From: Candidatus Cloacimonadales bacterium
Lineage (GTDB): Bacteria > Cloacimonadota > Cloacimonadia > Cloacimonadales > JAFGVF01
Reading direction: 5' to 3'
NCBI GenBank assembly: GCA_963662585.1
Contig: OY759729.1
Coordinates: forward strand, 1,120,001-1,184,000
DNA length: 64,000 nucleotides
A program made the translations under genes and the position numbers. Within the stretch, counting starts at the first letter, position 1; each line of letters opens with the position of its first letter. Below, piece by piece: positions 9,636-18,826 of this stretch. Under the pieces are notes generated by a model. The model worked only from the letters and a program-made list of their open reading frames with translations. It made no database searches and was not told the DNA's origin.

Positions 9636-11039
9636 ATGGAAAACTTAAGAATAGGAATTATCGGTAATATCGGAGTTGGAAAATCAACATTAGTAACTAA
9701 AGCAAAATCAGAACCTTTCAAGAATAGACTTCTTTCTCTCTTTCCAGGAGAGACTCAAGGAGCTGATATACATACCTTTGACGAGACTTTTAATCCAGTA
9801 GTTTTAGATGAGTTCTACAAAGACCCAGTAAAAAATGCTTTTATGGCTCAAATTGAGTTTTTTAATGGCAGATTAGAGAGACAGAAAAGAATCGATAACT
9901 CACGCGGAATCATCCTAGAAGATAGAACTTTAGCTGAAGACTACCATATCTTTGGCAAAGCTCAGAGAATTCTCGGGAATATGACTGAAGCAGAATTCCA
10001 AGCTTATCAAAGAACTTATCACCTAATGACAGAGAACTTTAAAGAACCAGATATTTTAATCTATCTAAAAGCAGATGTAGATACTTTAATTAAACGCATC
10101 GCCAAACGCGGAAGAGAAAGTGAAAAACTTATCCCAGAAGAGTATTTAAAACAGCTAAATTACCTCTATGAAGAATATATTGAAAATTATGTTAAATGCC
10201 CTGTTTTAATAATCGAAACAAATAATCTGCCTGAAAAAGAATTTGTTGAAACAGCAGTAGAACTTATTGCCAAAAGAATTAGTGAACTATCTTTAAGAAT
10301 TACTACACCAGGCATTAGAAAATGGGTAAAACTTCCAGAAACAGAAGCTACCTTAAAAGCTATCGAGATAGAAAAGAAGCTTGAAAGATATTTATCTGAA
10401 AACCCTACCCTGATAACTATTGCTGGTAATGTTGGACTTGGTAAATCTACCATCACTGCCATTATGGAGAGAAGTCTAAATCTAACTGGACTCTATGAAA
10501 AACCAGAAGAAAACCCTCTCTTAGAAAAGTTTCTCTCCGATAAAAAGAAATACTGCTTTGATTTGCAACTTCACTTCCTTAAAATGAGAGCTGAACAAAG
10601 ATTGCAAGGAAAAAAGGGAGATAGAAGCTATGTTAAAGACCGTTCACTTCCTGAAGACTTGCTCGTATTCTGTCACCAATTCCACCATGATGGACTTCTT
10701 ACAGATTTAGAATTAGAAAGACTTACAACTGAATTCCATAAAACCAATAACCAACTCCCTAGTGCTGACCTTATTATACATCTAGTGGGAAGACCTAAAC
10801 TCGCCTGGCAAAGGATTCAACAAAGAGGCAGAGAAATGGAAATTGAAGGTGGCTGGAGTGAAGCTGAAATTACTAATCTAAATCGTTGGTATCAAGATTA
10901 TGGCATCAATGTTGTTAAATACGGATTCCATAAGGGTAAAGTTATAGAAATAGATGTTAGTATGATAGATTTGCTTAATAGAGTCCATGTTGGCTATATC
11001 TTTGAAAGAATATATGAAGAATTGAGAATGGAGAATTGA
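9636..11039 (+). CDS. Fused tandem deoxynucleoside kinase (two dNK domains)
   Basis: Domain 1: GNIGVGKST, EDRT, KRGRESE. Domain 2: GNVGLGKST, KDRS, QRGREME. One continuous 467-aa ORF. Confidence 0.9.
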   Translation: MENLRIGIIGNIGVGKSTLVTKAKSEPFKNRLLSLFPGETQGADIHTFDETFNPVVLDEFYKDPVKNAFMAQIEFFNGRLERQKRIDNSRGIILEDRTLAEDYHIFGKAQRILGNMTEAEFQAYQRTYHLMTENFKEPDILIYLKADVDTLIKRIAKRGRESEKLIPEEYLKQLNYLYEEYIENYVKCPVLIIETNNLPEKEFVETAVELIAKRISELSLRITTPGIRKWVKLPETEATLKAIEIEKKLERYLSENPTLITIAGNVGLGKSTITAIMERSLNLTGLYEKPEENPLLEKFLSDKKKYCFDLQLHFLKMRAEQRLQGKKGDRSYVKDRSLPEDLLVFCHQFHHDGLLTDLELERLTTEFHKTNNQLPSADLIIHLVGRPKLAWQRIQQRGREMEIEGGWSEAEITNLNRWYQDYGINVVKYGFHKGKVIEIDVSMIDLLNRVHVGYIFERIYEELRMEN

Positions 11040-11146
11040 GAATTGAGAATGGAGAATTGAGAATTGAGAATGGAGAATGGAGAATTGAGAATGGAGAATG
11101 GAGAATTGAGAATGGAGAATTGAGAATGGAGAATGGAGAATGGAGA
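11018..11146 (+). repeat. Heptamer tandem repeat (GAGAATT/GAGAATG)n, about 18 units
   Basis: Begins inside the dNK CDS, where it encodes ELRMEN, and supplies its TGA stop at 11037-11039. Confidence 0.97.
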
Positions 11147-11151
11147 CATTT

Positions 11152-11285
11152 ACGAATGTAGGGGCCTATTGCCATACGCCTTCTTGAATTTCCACGAATT
11201 AAGAAAAGGCACTTAACATAGAGTTTCACAGAGGTTAAGAGGATTTCCACAGAGTTTTTTTGAGAAAAGTTCTATGAATGTGACC
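11152..11285 (+). repeat. REP-like mosaic modules
   Basis: ACGAATGTAGGGGCCTATTGCCATACGCCTTCTTGAA, CCACGAATTAAGAAAAG and TAACATAGAGTTTCACAGAG. These match 5293-5405 and 5955-5969. Confidence 0.85.
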
Positions 11286-11290
11286 AGATC

Positions 11291-11489
11291 TCTTAAATCC
11301 CCCTCAGCGAGGGGGACACAGGGGGTGTTTCAATCTTTCTTAAATCCCCCTACGCGAGGGGGACACAGGGGGTGTTTCAATCTTTCTTAAATCCCCCTCC
11401 GCGAGGGGGGGACACAGGGGGTGTTTCAATCTTTCTTAAATCCCCCTCCGCGAGGGGGACACAGGGGGTGTTTCAATCTTTCTTAAATC
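11291..11489 (+). repeat. 47-bp tandem repeat, 4 full units plus a partial unit
   Basis: Unit TCTTAAATCCCCCTCnGCGAGGGGGACACAGGGGGTGTTTCAATCTT, starting at 11291, 11338, 11385, 11434 and 11481. No spacers. Confidence 0.97.
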
Positions 11490-11518
11490 ACTCAAGGAAA
11501 ATATCACCCATCCTAAAA

Positions 11519-11558
11519 TAAAAAAAGCCTCTTAAATCCCAAGGGATTCAAGAGGCTC
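11519..11558 (-). terminator. Probable intrinsic terminator of the ptb pair
   Basis: AAAAAAGCCTCTT-AAATCCCAAGGGATT-CAAGAGGC stem, with the U-tract on the minus strand. Confidence 0.65.
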
Positions 11559-11602
11559 TCCTAACAATTAATTTCTATAAATTTACTGGTAAATAACTTT
11601 CT

Positions 11603-12505
11603 TTATACCATCAAGCAAGATAAAGCAATACAGTAATATTTTGATTTAGGTGATTCTGATCTAGACATCACAACAACAGGTTTAGTAGTACCTTGGATTA
11701 AACCAGCAAGTTCTGCCCCACCCCACAACATTTGTCCTTTATAGAAAGAATTACATGCTTCTAAAGAAGGGAAAAGAAGAACATCTGCATCGCCGTTGAT
11801 AGGGGTAGGAACTCCTTTAATCTTCACACTCTCTTCATCACATGCTAAGAAGATATCTAAAGGACCATCGACAATACAGTTTTTGATCTGTCCGCGTTGA
11901 GCCATCATGCAGAGTTGAGTATAATCATTATGAGATTCAAAGTGAGGACTTACTTTTTCTGCAGCTGAAATAAGAGCAACTTTAGGTGTCTCGATACCAA
12001 ATCTGTGTGCCATAGCAACAGAGTATTTTAGCATAGCAGTCTTCTGTTTAAGGTCAGGGAAAGGTAAGACTGCTGTATCAGTTACAAAGAGTAATTTATG
12101 GTATTTTGGGATTTCTAAAGCACAGACATAAGTCATGGTAGCTTTAGGAGGTAATAATCCTCTTTCTTTATTAATTACTCCTCTTAAGAATTTATCAGTA
12201 CCGCAAAGTCCTTTCATTAGGACATCAGCTTCATCATTTCTTACCATCTCCACAGCTTTAGCAATAGAAGCTACTTCATCTTTAATATCAACAATTTGGA
12301 AGATGTCTGGGTTTATATCAGCTTCTTTAGCAACTTCAATAATTTTGTCAGCATCGCCAATCATAATCGCTTCGATAAAACCATCGTTGATTGCTTGAGT
12401 GATTGCTCCGATAGTGTTAGAGTCTTGAGCATAAGCTACAGCAATTCTAAACTTCTTCTTTAGCTCTTTAACTTGTTCAACCATTTGGTCTAAAGTAGTT
12501 ATCAT
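11603..12505 (-). CDS. ptb: Phosphate butyryltransferase / phosphate acyltransferase (PTA_PTB family)
   Basis: ADVLMKG, LLFVTDTA, PKVALISAAE, VDGPLD, DADVLLFP, PVVVMSR. Confidence 0.88.
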   Translation of the reverse strand: MITTLDQMVEQVKELKKKFRIAVAYAQDSNTIGAITQAINDGFIEAIMIGDADKIIEVAKEADINPDIFQIVDIKDEVASIAKAVEMVRNDEADVLMKGLCGTDKFLRGVINKERGLLPPKATMTYVCALEIPKYHKLLFVTDTAVLPFPDLKQKTAMLKYSVAMAHRFGIETPKVALISAAEKVSPHFESHNDYTQLCMMAQRGQIKNCIVDGPLDIFLACDEESVKIKGVPTPINGDADVLLFPSLEACNSFYKGQMLWGGAELAGLIQGTTKPVVVMSRSESPKSKYYCIALSCLMV

Positions 12506-12518
12506 ATTATCTACCTAT

Positions 12519-13421
12519 CTATGCTAAGAGAGCTGCAAGAGCTATTGAGTATAATTTTGTCTGTTCTGTATCTCCACGAGATGAAAGAATAGCAGGACAG
12601 CTTGCACCACAAACCATAGCAGCTAATTCTGCTTTGACTAATTTAGTAACAGTTTTGTAGAAAACATTACCAGATTCTATATTAGGGAAAACGATTCCAT
12701 CAGCATCACCAGCTACAGAAGATTGGAATTTCTTGATAGCAACAGCTTCTTTATCAATTGATAAGTCTAGAGAAAGAGGACCATCAACAAAGGCTCCTTT
12801 AATCTGACCTCTTTCAGCCATTTTAGTTATTATGGCAGCATCAGCATTAGCTACTATCTTATCAGTTGCTGACTCTGATGAAGCAAGAATTGAGATTTTA
12901 GGAGTTTCGATATCTAAAGCTTTACATGTTTTAATAATATTATTGGTAATAGCAACTTTTTGCTTTAAATCAGGAAGAGGAATAATAGCTACATCAGAAA
13001 CCACTAAGAGTTTTTCATAACTAGGTATTTCCATAACTGTGATATGAGAAAGCATTGACCCTTTAGGAACAAGACCAGTTTCTTTGTTTAATAGAGCTCT
13101 CATATAAGTATCAGTACCTATAAGTCCTTTCATTATGAGATCACCCTTGCCTTCACGAATATAAATACAAGCTTTTTGAGCAGCTTTAGAATCTACTTTT
13201 TCATCAATGATTTCAAATTTATTGATATCAATATTCTCTTCTTCACAGGTTGCTTTTATTAAATCTATATTTCCTATAAGAGTTGCATCTACAATACCTA
13301 AATCTATTGCTTTGCTAATAGCTCCAATTGAATGACCATCAACCGTATAGGCTCCGACTAATCTCTTTTTCTTTTTACTTCTTAAAGAATCAAACATTTG
13401 ATCAAGTTTGGTAATTGACAT
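12519..13421 (-). CDS. ptb: Phosphate butyryltransferase / phosphate acyltransferase (second paralogue)
   Basis: DLIMKG, SDVAIIPLPDL, VDGPLSLD, PNIESGNVFYK, ILSSRGD. Start set at ATG 13421 after GGAGG. Confidence 0.9.
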   Translation of the reverse strand: MSITKLDQMFDSLRSKKKKRLVGAYTVDGHSIGAISKAIDLGIVDATLIGNIDLIKATCEEENIDINKFEIIDEKVDSKAAQKACIYIREGKGDLIMKGLIGTDTYMRALLNKETGLVPKGSMLSHITVMEIPSYEKLLVVSDVAIIPLPDLKQKVAITNNIIKTCKALDIETPKISILASSESATDKIVANADAAIITKMAERGQIKGAFVDGPLSLDLSIDKEAVAIKKFQSSVAGDADGIVFPNIESGNVFYKTVTKLVKAELAAMVCGASCPAILSSRGDTEQTKLYSIALAALLA

Positions 13422-13535
13422 TGATTTCCTCCACATTTTTTCGCATTTTAAATAAATTTTTCATTATTTGTTTATATGTCAAGAAGAAAGTAAAATTGAC
13501 CTAGCCTAATACCAGTCTATATTCGATATAATAGC

Positions 13536-13562
13536 AAAAGAGACAGGAATATCCTGTCTCTT
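13536..13562 (-). terminator. Intrinsic terminator
   Basis: Perfect stem AAGAGACAGGA-ATA-TCCTGTCTCTT after the dksA-lspA-cargo-PorV-like operon. Confidence 0.75.
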
Positions 13563-13591
13563 CTTTATATTTTACTCTGATTAATTTCTTC

Positions 13592-13903
13592 TTAGAACAT
13601 TAAGATCAAAAATACCAAAACCACGGCAAAAAAGACAAAATTCATGATCATACTCATAATTAAAAGAGTTCTGAGAGCATCAATTTTATATTTATTCTCT
13701 TTTACTCTTTTATCTAATTTAAGCTGAAGATTTTCTACAACTATTAATTTGTCTTCAATAACATCATGTTTTTTGATATTTCTATTGTGTTGATAATCTC
13801 TAACCCAATTTTGAAAACCATCAAAAAGTAACTTTGAAAGAATTGATGGAATGAATGAATTATTCATAGTATCTTGTGTATTACCGTTGTCTTTGTTTTT
13901 CAT
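13592..13903 (-). CDS. Hypothetical coiled-coil protein with a C-terminal membrane anchor
   Basis: 103 aa, RBS AGAGG, hydrophobic C-terminal stretch. Confidence 0.7.
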   Translation of the reverse strand: MKNKDNGNTQDTMNNSFIPSILSKLLFDGFQNWVRDYQHNRNIKKHDVIEDKLIVVENLQLKLDKRVKENKYKIDALRTLLIMSMIMNFVFFAVVLVFLILMF

Positions 13904-13915
13904 TATTAACCTCTT

Positions 13916-14764
13916 TTAGAATCTATATCCTACTTGGAAATGATGAGTAGCATCTAAATCTGAATGATAAGTGAATCCGTAATCAATAAGCATACCTTTT
14001 ACTTCGAAACCAGCACCTGCAGAATAAACAGCTGGGTTATTATGAACACCAGCACGAAGCTTCATTGCTTCAAAAAGAGTGTATTCAATACCTGCAGCTA
14101 CTGAAGTATCACCTTTCAACTCTTTAGTTAATTCTAAGGTAGTAATTACTCCATAGTAAGGTTGATAAGCTAAACCAGTTACCATTTTTCTAGGTAATTC
14201 AAATTGGTTATCATTTCCTACATTAGGATTATTAATGTTATGAACTGCAAAAGATATCTTAGTTCTTTGGTGCATAGTAGCAATAGCTCCAACATTCAAA
14301 CCAAAAGCACTGTCACTACCATAGTCACCTGCAAATTCAATATCATACATATTCAAAGAATAGCCAAAAGCTATTGAACTGTGTAAATCTTGCATTAATT
14401 TAAAAGCATGAGTCAAAGTGAATGTTGATTCAGTACTTAAACTTGTATCTTCAAAATCAACACCAAGTTGCTTGCCTGCAATACCAATGGTTCCATAAAT
14501 AGGAGAAAATCTATAAGATGCAGAAGCTGTATATACTCTTGCATATTTATTTCCATATAAATCAACCATACCAAGATTGAATTGGTTATCAGCTTGATCT
14601 AAGCCAGCAGGATTATAGAAAGCTGCATCAGAATCATCTGAGAGAGTGAAGAAAGCATCACCCATACCGCGAGCTCTCGCTGATGATGGATAGCTTTCAA
14701 AAAGAGCATTCAAATTTAAAGCAACAAGACTAATTAAGATAGTTATAAATATTATTTTTTTCAT
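13916..14764 (-). CDS. PorV/PorQ-like (UPF0164/FadL-related) outer-membrane beta-barrel
   Basis: Signal peptide; SARARGMGDAF...D.DAAFYNPAGL motif; alternating beta strands; terminal beta-signal VGYRF. Confidence 0.8.
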   Translation of the reverse strand: MKKIIFITILISLVALNLNALFESYPSSARARGMGDAFFTLSDDSDAAFYNPAGLDQADNQFNLGMVDLYGNKYARVYTASASYRFSPIYGTIGIAGKQLGVDFEDTSLSTESTFTLTHAFKLMQDLHSSIAFGYSLNMYDIEFAGDYGSDSAFGLNVGAIATMHQRTKISFAVHNINNPNVGNDNQFELPRKMVTGLAYQPYYGVITTLELTKELKGDTSVAAGIEYTLFEAMKLRAGVHNNPAVYSAGAGFEVKGMLIDYGFTYHSDLDATHHFQVGYRF

Positions 14765-14773
14765 TGATACTCC

Positions 14774-16180
14774 TTATTTAAGCTGTCCGGCAACAACGAT
14801 TGGTTGATCAGTGATATATTTATCACCAGTTTCTCTTACTACAACTTCCACTTGGCAGATATAGGTTCCGATATCAACTAATTCGCGATTTTTGTCTCTT
14901 CCATCCCAACGATATTCACCAAGTCCACTATGAACTTTATTTACCGGAGTATATACTAAGCGACCTTTCAAATCATAGATACGAACGATGGTCTTTGTGC
15001 TATAACCTGGTTTAAAACCATATTTTATGGTTAATCTTTCGTTGTAATAAGGATTGAATATATTTTTATCATTATTGGTATTTCTAATTGATAGATATGC
15101 TTTTTTACTGTCATAACCATTATTATAAGAAACATTAAGAGCTGATAAATCAGAAATCATCCAATTATTTTGAGCATCATCCATAAACTTGAAATTGCTG
15201 AAATTAACTGTAGCAACACCATACTCTTTAATATCAAAAATTAAGGTAATTAAAGTTGGAGTTTCGTAACTAGCAAAATTCTCTAAAGAGGCATAACTAA
15301 TAGTATAAACATCATCAACCATAGATTCTGTAACCTGTGAAGTACTAGTAGCATCTCCAATTCCTAATTCATAGCTATAATAATCAAGAAACTCATCATT
15401 ATAGGTGAAGTTAAATTCAAAACCATTAAGTCCCCAATAATCTTTAATATTAGTTGAGTTAATATGAACAAAGAGCTTATCACCTATTTTTTCTTTTTCA
15501 GAACTAACTGCCAAAGTAGCAGGAGTACTAGGAACAAGATCAGTAGCATCTTTAGGATTTAGGATAAAATTATTACCATCATAGACTAAGATACCAGAAA
15601 TACTTCCAAACTCATCGCCATTAGCAGGGTTTGCATCAAAGAAGCCATTACCAATTCTGATTTCATTATTGTTAGAATCACTTGCTAACCAATAATTACC
15701 TTCTGTATTTCCAGTATAGGCTAAATTGTTAATCTTAACAAAACTACTTTCATATTGTTCTGCGATTGCAGGATCTTGTAATTGAGTTATTGTTACAGTG
15801 TTAGCTGTAAGATCAAAAGGACCTTGATTAATCACTGTAATAGTAGCATTAGTTAATTCTGTCATACCATTTACTTCATTAACAGTACCTGTAATACTCA
15901 CCATTGTTTTTAGATTAGTTATAGTCGTTACATTATTAAGATAAATTCCATTCCAAATTCCTGGGTTTAGGTCAAAGGCAAACATATTATTATCTGAGCC
16001 GTTGAAACCTTTTGCTCCAAGAGTAACAGGACTAATAGTTACTTCTTGTCCATTGTAAGTTGAAGGATATGTATTATCAGCACCAGGGTCACTTGTTTGT
16101 TGGATATCCATTATAGTTTGTCCAAAAGCGATCTGGAATAAAACTATTAAGAAAAATATTATAATTACTTTTTTTGGCAT
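14774..16180 (-). CDS. Secreted protein: OB-fold-like region, cohesin-like domain and atypical FlgD-Ig/CTD
   Basis: Signal peptide; TIMDIQ...SxYNGQEVT and EQYES.FVKI (typical of extracellular OB-type domains); FEFNFTYN...TLITLIF; C-terminal IFNP...VRIYDLKGRLV...WDGRD...GTYI. Confidence 0.7.
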   Translation of the reverse strand: MPKKVIIIFFLIVLFQIAFGQTIMDIQQTSDPGADNTYPSTYNGQEVTISPVTLGAKGFNGSDNNMFAFDLNPGIWNGIYLNNVTTITNLKTMVSITGTVNEVNGMTELTNATITVINQGPFDLTANTVTITQLQDPAIAEQYESSFVKINNLAYTGNTEGNYWLASDSNNNEIRIGNGFFDANPANGDEFGSISGILVYDGNNFILNPKDATDLVPSTPATLAVSSEKEKIGDKLFVHINSTNIKDYWGLNGFEFNFTYNDEFLDYYSYELGIGDATSTSQVTESMVDDVYTISYASLENFASYETPTLITLIFDIKEYGVATVNFSNFKFMDDAQNNWMISDLSALNVSYNNGYDSKKAYLSIRNTNNDKNIFNPYYNERLTIKYGFKPGYSTKTIVRIYDLKGRLVYTPVNKVHSGLGEYRWDGRDKNRELVDIGTYICQVEVVVRETGDKYITDQPIVVAGQLK

Positions 16181-16695
16181 TATGCCTCCTCAAGGGATTT
16201 TTTTCGTTTATTATCAAAAATTATTGCATCTATAGCAAAAATAATCATACCAATTACTATCATAGAATCAGCGACATTAAAAGTTGGCCATCTATCAAAA
16301 GAGTAGAACCAATTCCACTCTGAAGGAATCCTAGGATAAAGACTATCTAAGAAATCGGTAACTTTCCCAAAGACAACTCTGTCAATAAGATTACCGATTG
16401 CACCACCAAGAATTAAGCTGTAATAAAGCTTTTGAATTTTCGGTTGTTTAACTATTAAATAGACGAATACGCCGATTAGTAACAAAGTTAAGCTAATAAA
16501 TATCCAGCGAGAATTCTCTCCAAGAGAAAGACTAAAAGCCGCCCCATGGTTTTCAACATGAGTTAATCTAAAATAATCACCTATTACTTCTATTGATTGA
16601 TATAAAGGCATTTTTAATCTAACTATGTATTTAGATAGCTGGTCAACAACTATGATACAAAATGAGATTAGAAAATATTTCCAGCTTTGCTTCAT
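16180..16695 (-). CDS. lspA: Lipoprotein signal peptidase II
   Basis: DQLSK, NHGAAFS, GGAIGNLIDR, VTDF, FNVAD. Confidence 0.97.
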   Translation of the reverse strand: MKQSWKYFLISFCIIVVDQLSKYIVRLKMPLYQSIEVIGDYFRLTHVENHGAAFSLSLGENSRWIFISLTLLLIGVFVYLIVKQPKIQKLYYSLILGGAIGNLIDRVVFGKVTDFLDSLYPRIPSEWNWFYSFDRWPTFNVADSMIVIGMIIFAIDAIIFDNKRKKSLEEA

Positions 16696-17105
16696 TGTTT
16701 TTTATTCTTATTCTTCTTTTTATTTTTCTCATCTTCAGCAGAACGGCATTCAATACAAAAGGCTGCATTAGGAACGATTTCCAAGCGTTTTGGTTGAATT
16801 CTTTTTCCACAAATTTCGCATATTCCGTAAGTTCCGTCATATATTCTTTTAAGGGCAACATTAAGTTTCTTTATATATTGATGTTCTTTTTCCATCATTA
16901 AAACCTGGTTTTCCCGATAATAGGTATCTGAACCATGATCAGCTTGATGAATAGCATAGGCAGAAGCATCACCTGAACTCTCTCTCACACTATCTTTTTG
17001 ATTATCATTAAGCTTGTTAATATAGTCAAGACTTTTCTGTCTTTCCTTTAACAATTTTTCTTCATATTCTTTTAACTCTTCTTTACTTAACATTTTATCT
17101 GACAT
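16692..17105 (-). CDS. dksA: DksA/TraR C4-type zinc finger protein
   Basis: Coiled coil with HQADHGSD tip; GTYGICEIC...RLEIVP...CIEC. Start set at ATG 17105. Confidence 0.85.
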   Translation of the reverse strand: MSDKMLSKEELKEYEEKLLKERQKSLDYINKLNDNQKDSVRESSGDASAYAIHQADHGSDTYYRENQVLMMEKEHQYIKKLNVALKRIYDGTYGICEICGKRIQPKRLEIVPNAAFCIECRSAEDEKNKKKNKNKKQ

Positions 17106-17168
17106 AAGAATTCTCCGCGTTTTTCTTAGAAACAATAATTAATTATATCTTAAAATTCTGTCAATGAA

Positions 17169-17981
17169 TTAAATATCTTTGACAAATTCAGAAATAAGTC
17201 TCTCTAAATTAGCTTTAGCAATATCTGCATTTTCTCTAATCTCTTCTTGGCTATGTTTAGCTTTATGGATGAGATTAGAGTAATTAGTCACAATTGAGAA
17301 AGCTAAAACTTTTAATCCACAATGAATTGCTGCGATAACTTCAGGAACAGTGGACATACCAACCACATCAGCTCCAATATTAGCAAAGAATTTACATTCT
17401 GATTTTGTTTCAAAACTAGGACCGCTGACTGCGATATAGACTCCATCTGAAACCTTTATTTTGTTATCTAGTGATATCATTTTAAGCTTGTTACGATACT
17501 CTTCGCAATAGGTATCATGCATAGAGACAAACCTTTCCCCTATAGTGTCATCATTTGGTCCTATAAGAGGGTTTGTTCCCATGAAATTTATATGATCTTT
17601 AAGCATAATAATACTTCCAGGTTTAAACTCTTCGCGTAAGCTACCTGCAGCATTAGTAACGATTAGAGTGTGAGCTCCAAGAGATTTGAGCACTCTGGTA
17701 GGAAAGACAACTTGTTCTAAAGAGTAGCCTTCATAATAGTGAAATCTTCCCTGTAAAACAATGACTTTCTTTCCCTTTAGAGTTCCTGCAATTAAATTAC
17801 CTTTATGACTTGGAGCAGTTGATTTTACAAATCCAGGAATCTCATGGTAAGGAATCACAATTTTATCAGAAACGAATTCTGCAAAGTTACTTAATCCTGT
17901 TCCTAAGATAATCCCTATTTCATAACCTAAACCAATTTTATCAGAAATATATTCTTTAGCCTTTTGAATCTGATTGTTCAC
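17169..17981 (-). CDS. punA: Purine-nucleoside phosphorylase (trimeric type)
   Basis: ILGTGL, QGRFHYYEG, TNAAG, GPSFET, VGMSTVPE. Confidence 0.95.
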   Translation of the reverse strand: MNNQIQKAKEYISDKIGLGYEIGIILGTGLSNFAEFVSDKIVIPYHEIPGFVKSTAPSHKGNLIAGTLKGKKVIVLQGRFHYYEGYSLEQVVFPTRVLKSLGAHTLIVTNAAGSLREEFKPGSIIMLKDHINFMGTNPLIGPNDDTIGERFVSMHDTYCEEYRNKLKMISLDNKIKVSDGVYIAVSGPSFETKSECKFFANIGADVVGMSTVPEVIAAIHCGLKVLAFSIVTNYSNLIHKAKHSQEEIRENADIAKANLERLISEFVKDI

Positions 17982-18540
17982 TTTTCCCCTCCTCTTGTGG
18001 ACTATTATCTGATTTTATTTTTTTCATTTCTGCTTGAACGCTTGTTTCATTTAATCTAGCAATTGCTGGGTCTTTTTCTATTCTTTCTAAGTAAGCTTTA
18101 AATTGGGATGCAGTTTGGAGCAGAAACATTCGTTTCTCTTCTTTAAGTTTAAGATATTGATAATCAAGTTGATTAAGAAAGTGACGAGCTTCGTTTATAG
18201 TTTTTTTAGCTTTAATTTCTGCTTCTCTGATAATGTTCTCGGCTTCTTTTCGAGCATTACTTATCATTTCTGCTTTAGCATTTTCAGCAAAAAGAAGAGT
18301 TTTTTGAATAAGTTCTTCTCTTCTTTTCAACTCATCAACTCCTTTCACAGCTTCTGTAGCTTTATGTGAGATAAACTCTTTCTCTTTGGTTTCTTTCTCT
18401 TTTGATTCGTTTTGAATCATTCTCTCTTGATAGATTTCATTAGCAACGAACTCAAGAAACTCTCTTACTTCTCGCTTACTGTATCCAAAAGTTTTAGTTG
18501 AAAACTCTTTATCTCTAATTTGGGGAATAGATATAGACAT
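17956..18540 (-). CDS. divIVA: DivIVA domain protein
   Basis: IRDKEFSTKTFGYSKREVREFL, followed by a long coiled coil. Confidence 0.88.
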   Translation of the reverse strand: MSISIPQIRDKEFSTKTFGYSKREVREFLEFVANEIYQERMIQNESKEKETKEKEFISHKATEAVKGVDELKRREELIQKTLLFAENAKAEMISNARKEAENIIREAEIKAKKTINEARHFLNQLDYQYLKLKEEKRMFLLQTASQFKAYLERIEKDPAIARLNETSVQAEMKKIKSDNSPQEEGKSEQSDSKG

Positions 18541-18556
18541 TTTAATTCCTTATCAT

Positions 18557-18826
18557 TTAATGCATTAAGTTATTATAGACTAATTTTTCGATTAATTGAA
18601 GAATAATTAAGCCAATCATGGGTGAGAAATCCAATCCATAAGCAGGAGGAAAGAATTTCCTAAAGATATTCAAGTAGGGATCTGTTAATGAATCTACAAA
18701 GCTGAGCTTAGTTAGAAAGTAAGAGAATTTATTGCCCCTAGAGAAGTAGATCATAAAGCTTTTAAATACAGCAATAATTACCATAAATTCATAGATAACT
18801 AAAGCCCAGTATATTACTTTTCCCAT
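18557..18826 (-). CDS. yggT: YggT/YlmG family membrane protein
   Basis: LTDPYLNIFRKFFPP..GLDFSPMI. Confidence 0.9.
   Translation of the reverse strand: MGKVIYWALVIYEFMVIIAVFKSFMIYFSRGNKFSYFLTKLSFVDSLTDPYLNIFRKFFPPAYGLDFSPMIGLIILQLIEKLVYNNLMH

Noticed and set aside
10975..11250. 91-aa minus-strand ORF (also 27663-27923 on the plus strand)
   Set aside because: Open only because the antisense heptamer has no stops (HSPFSIL/NSQFSIL repeats). It lies in repeat DNA and overlaps a real gene end.
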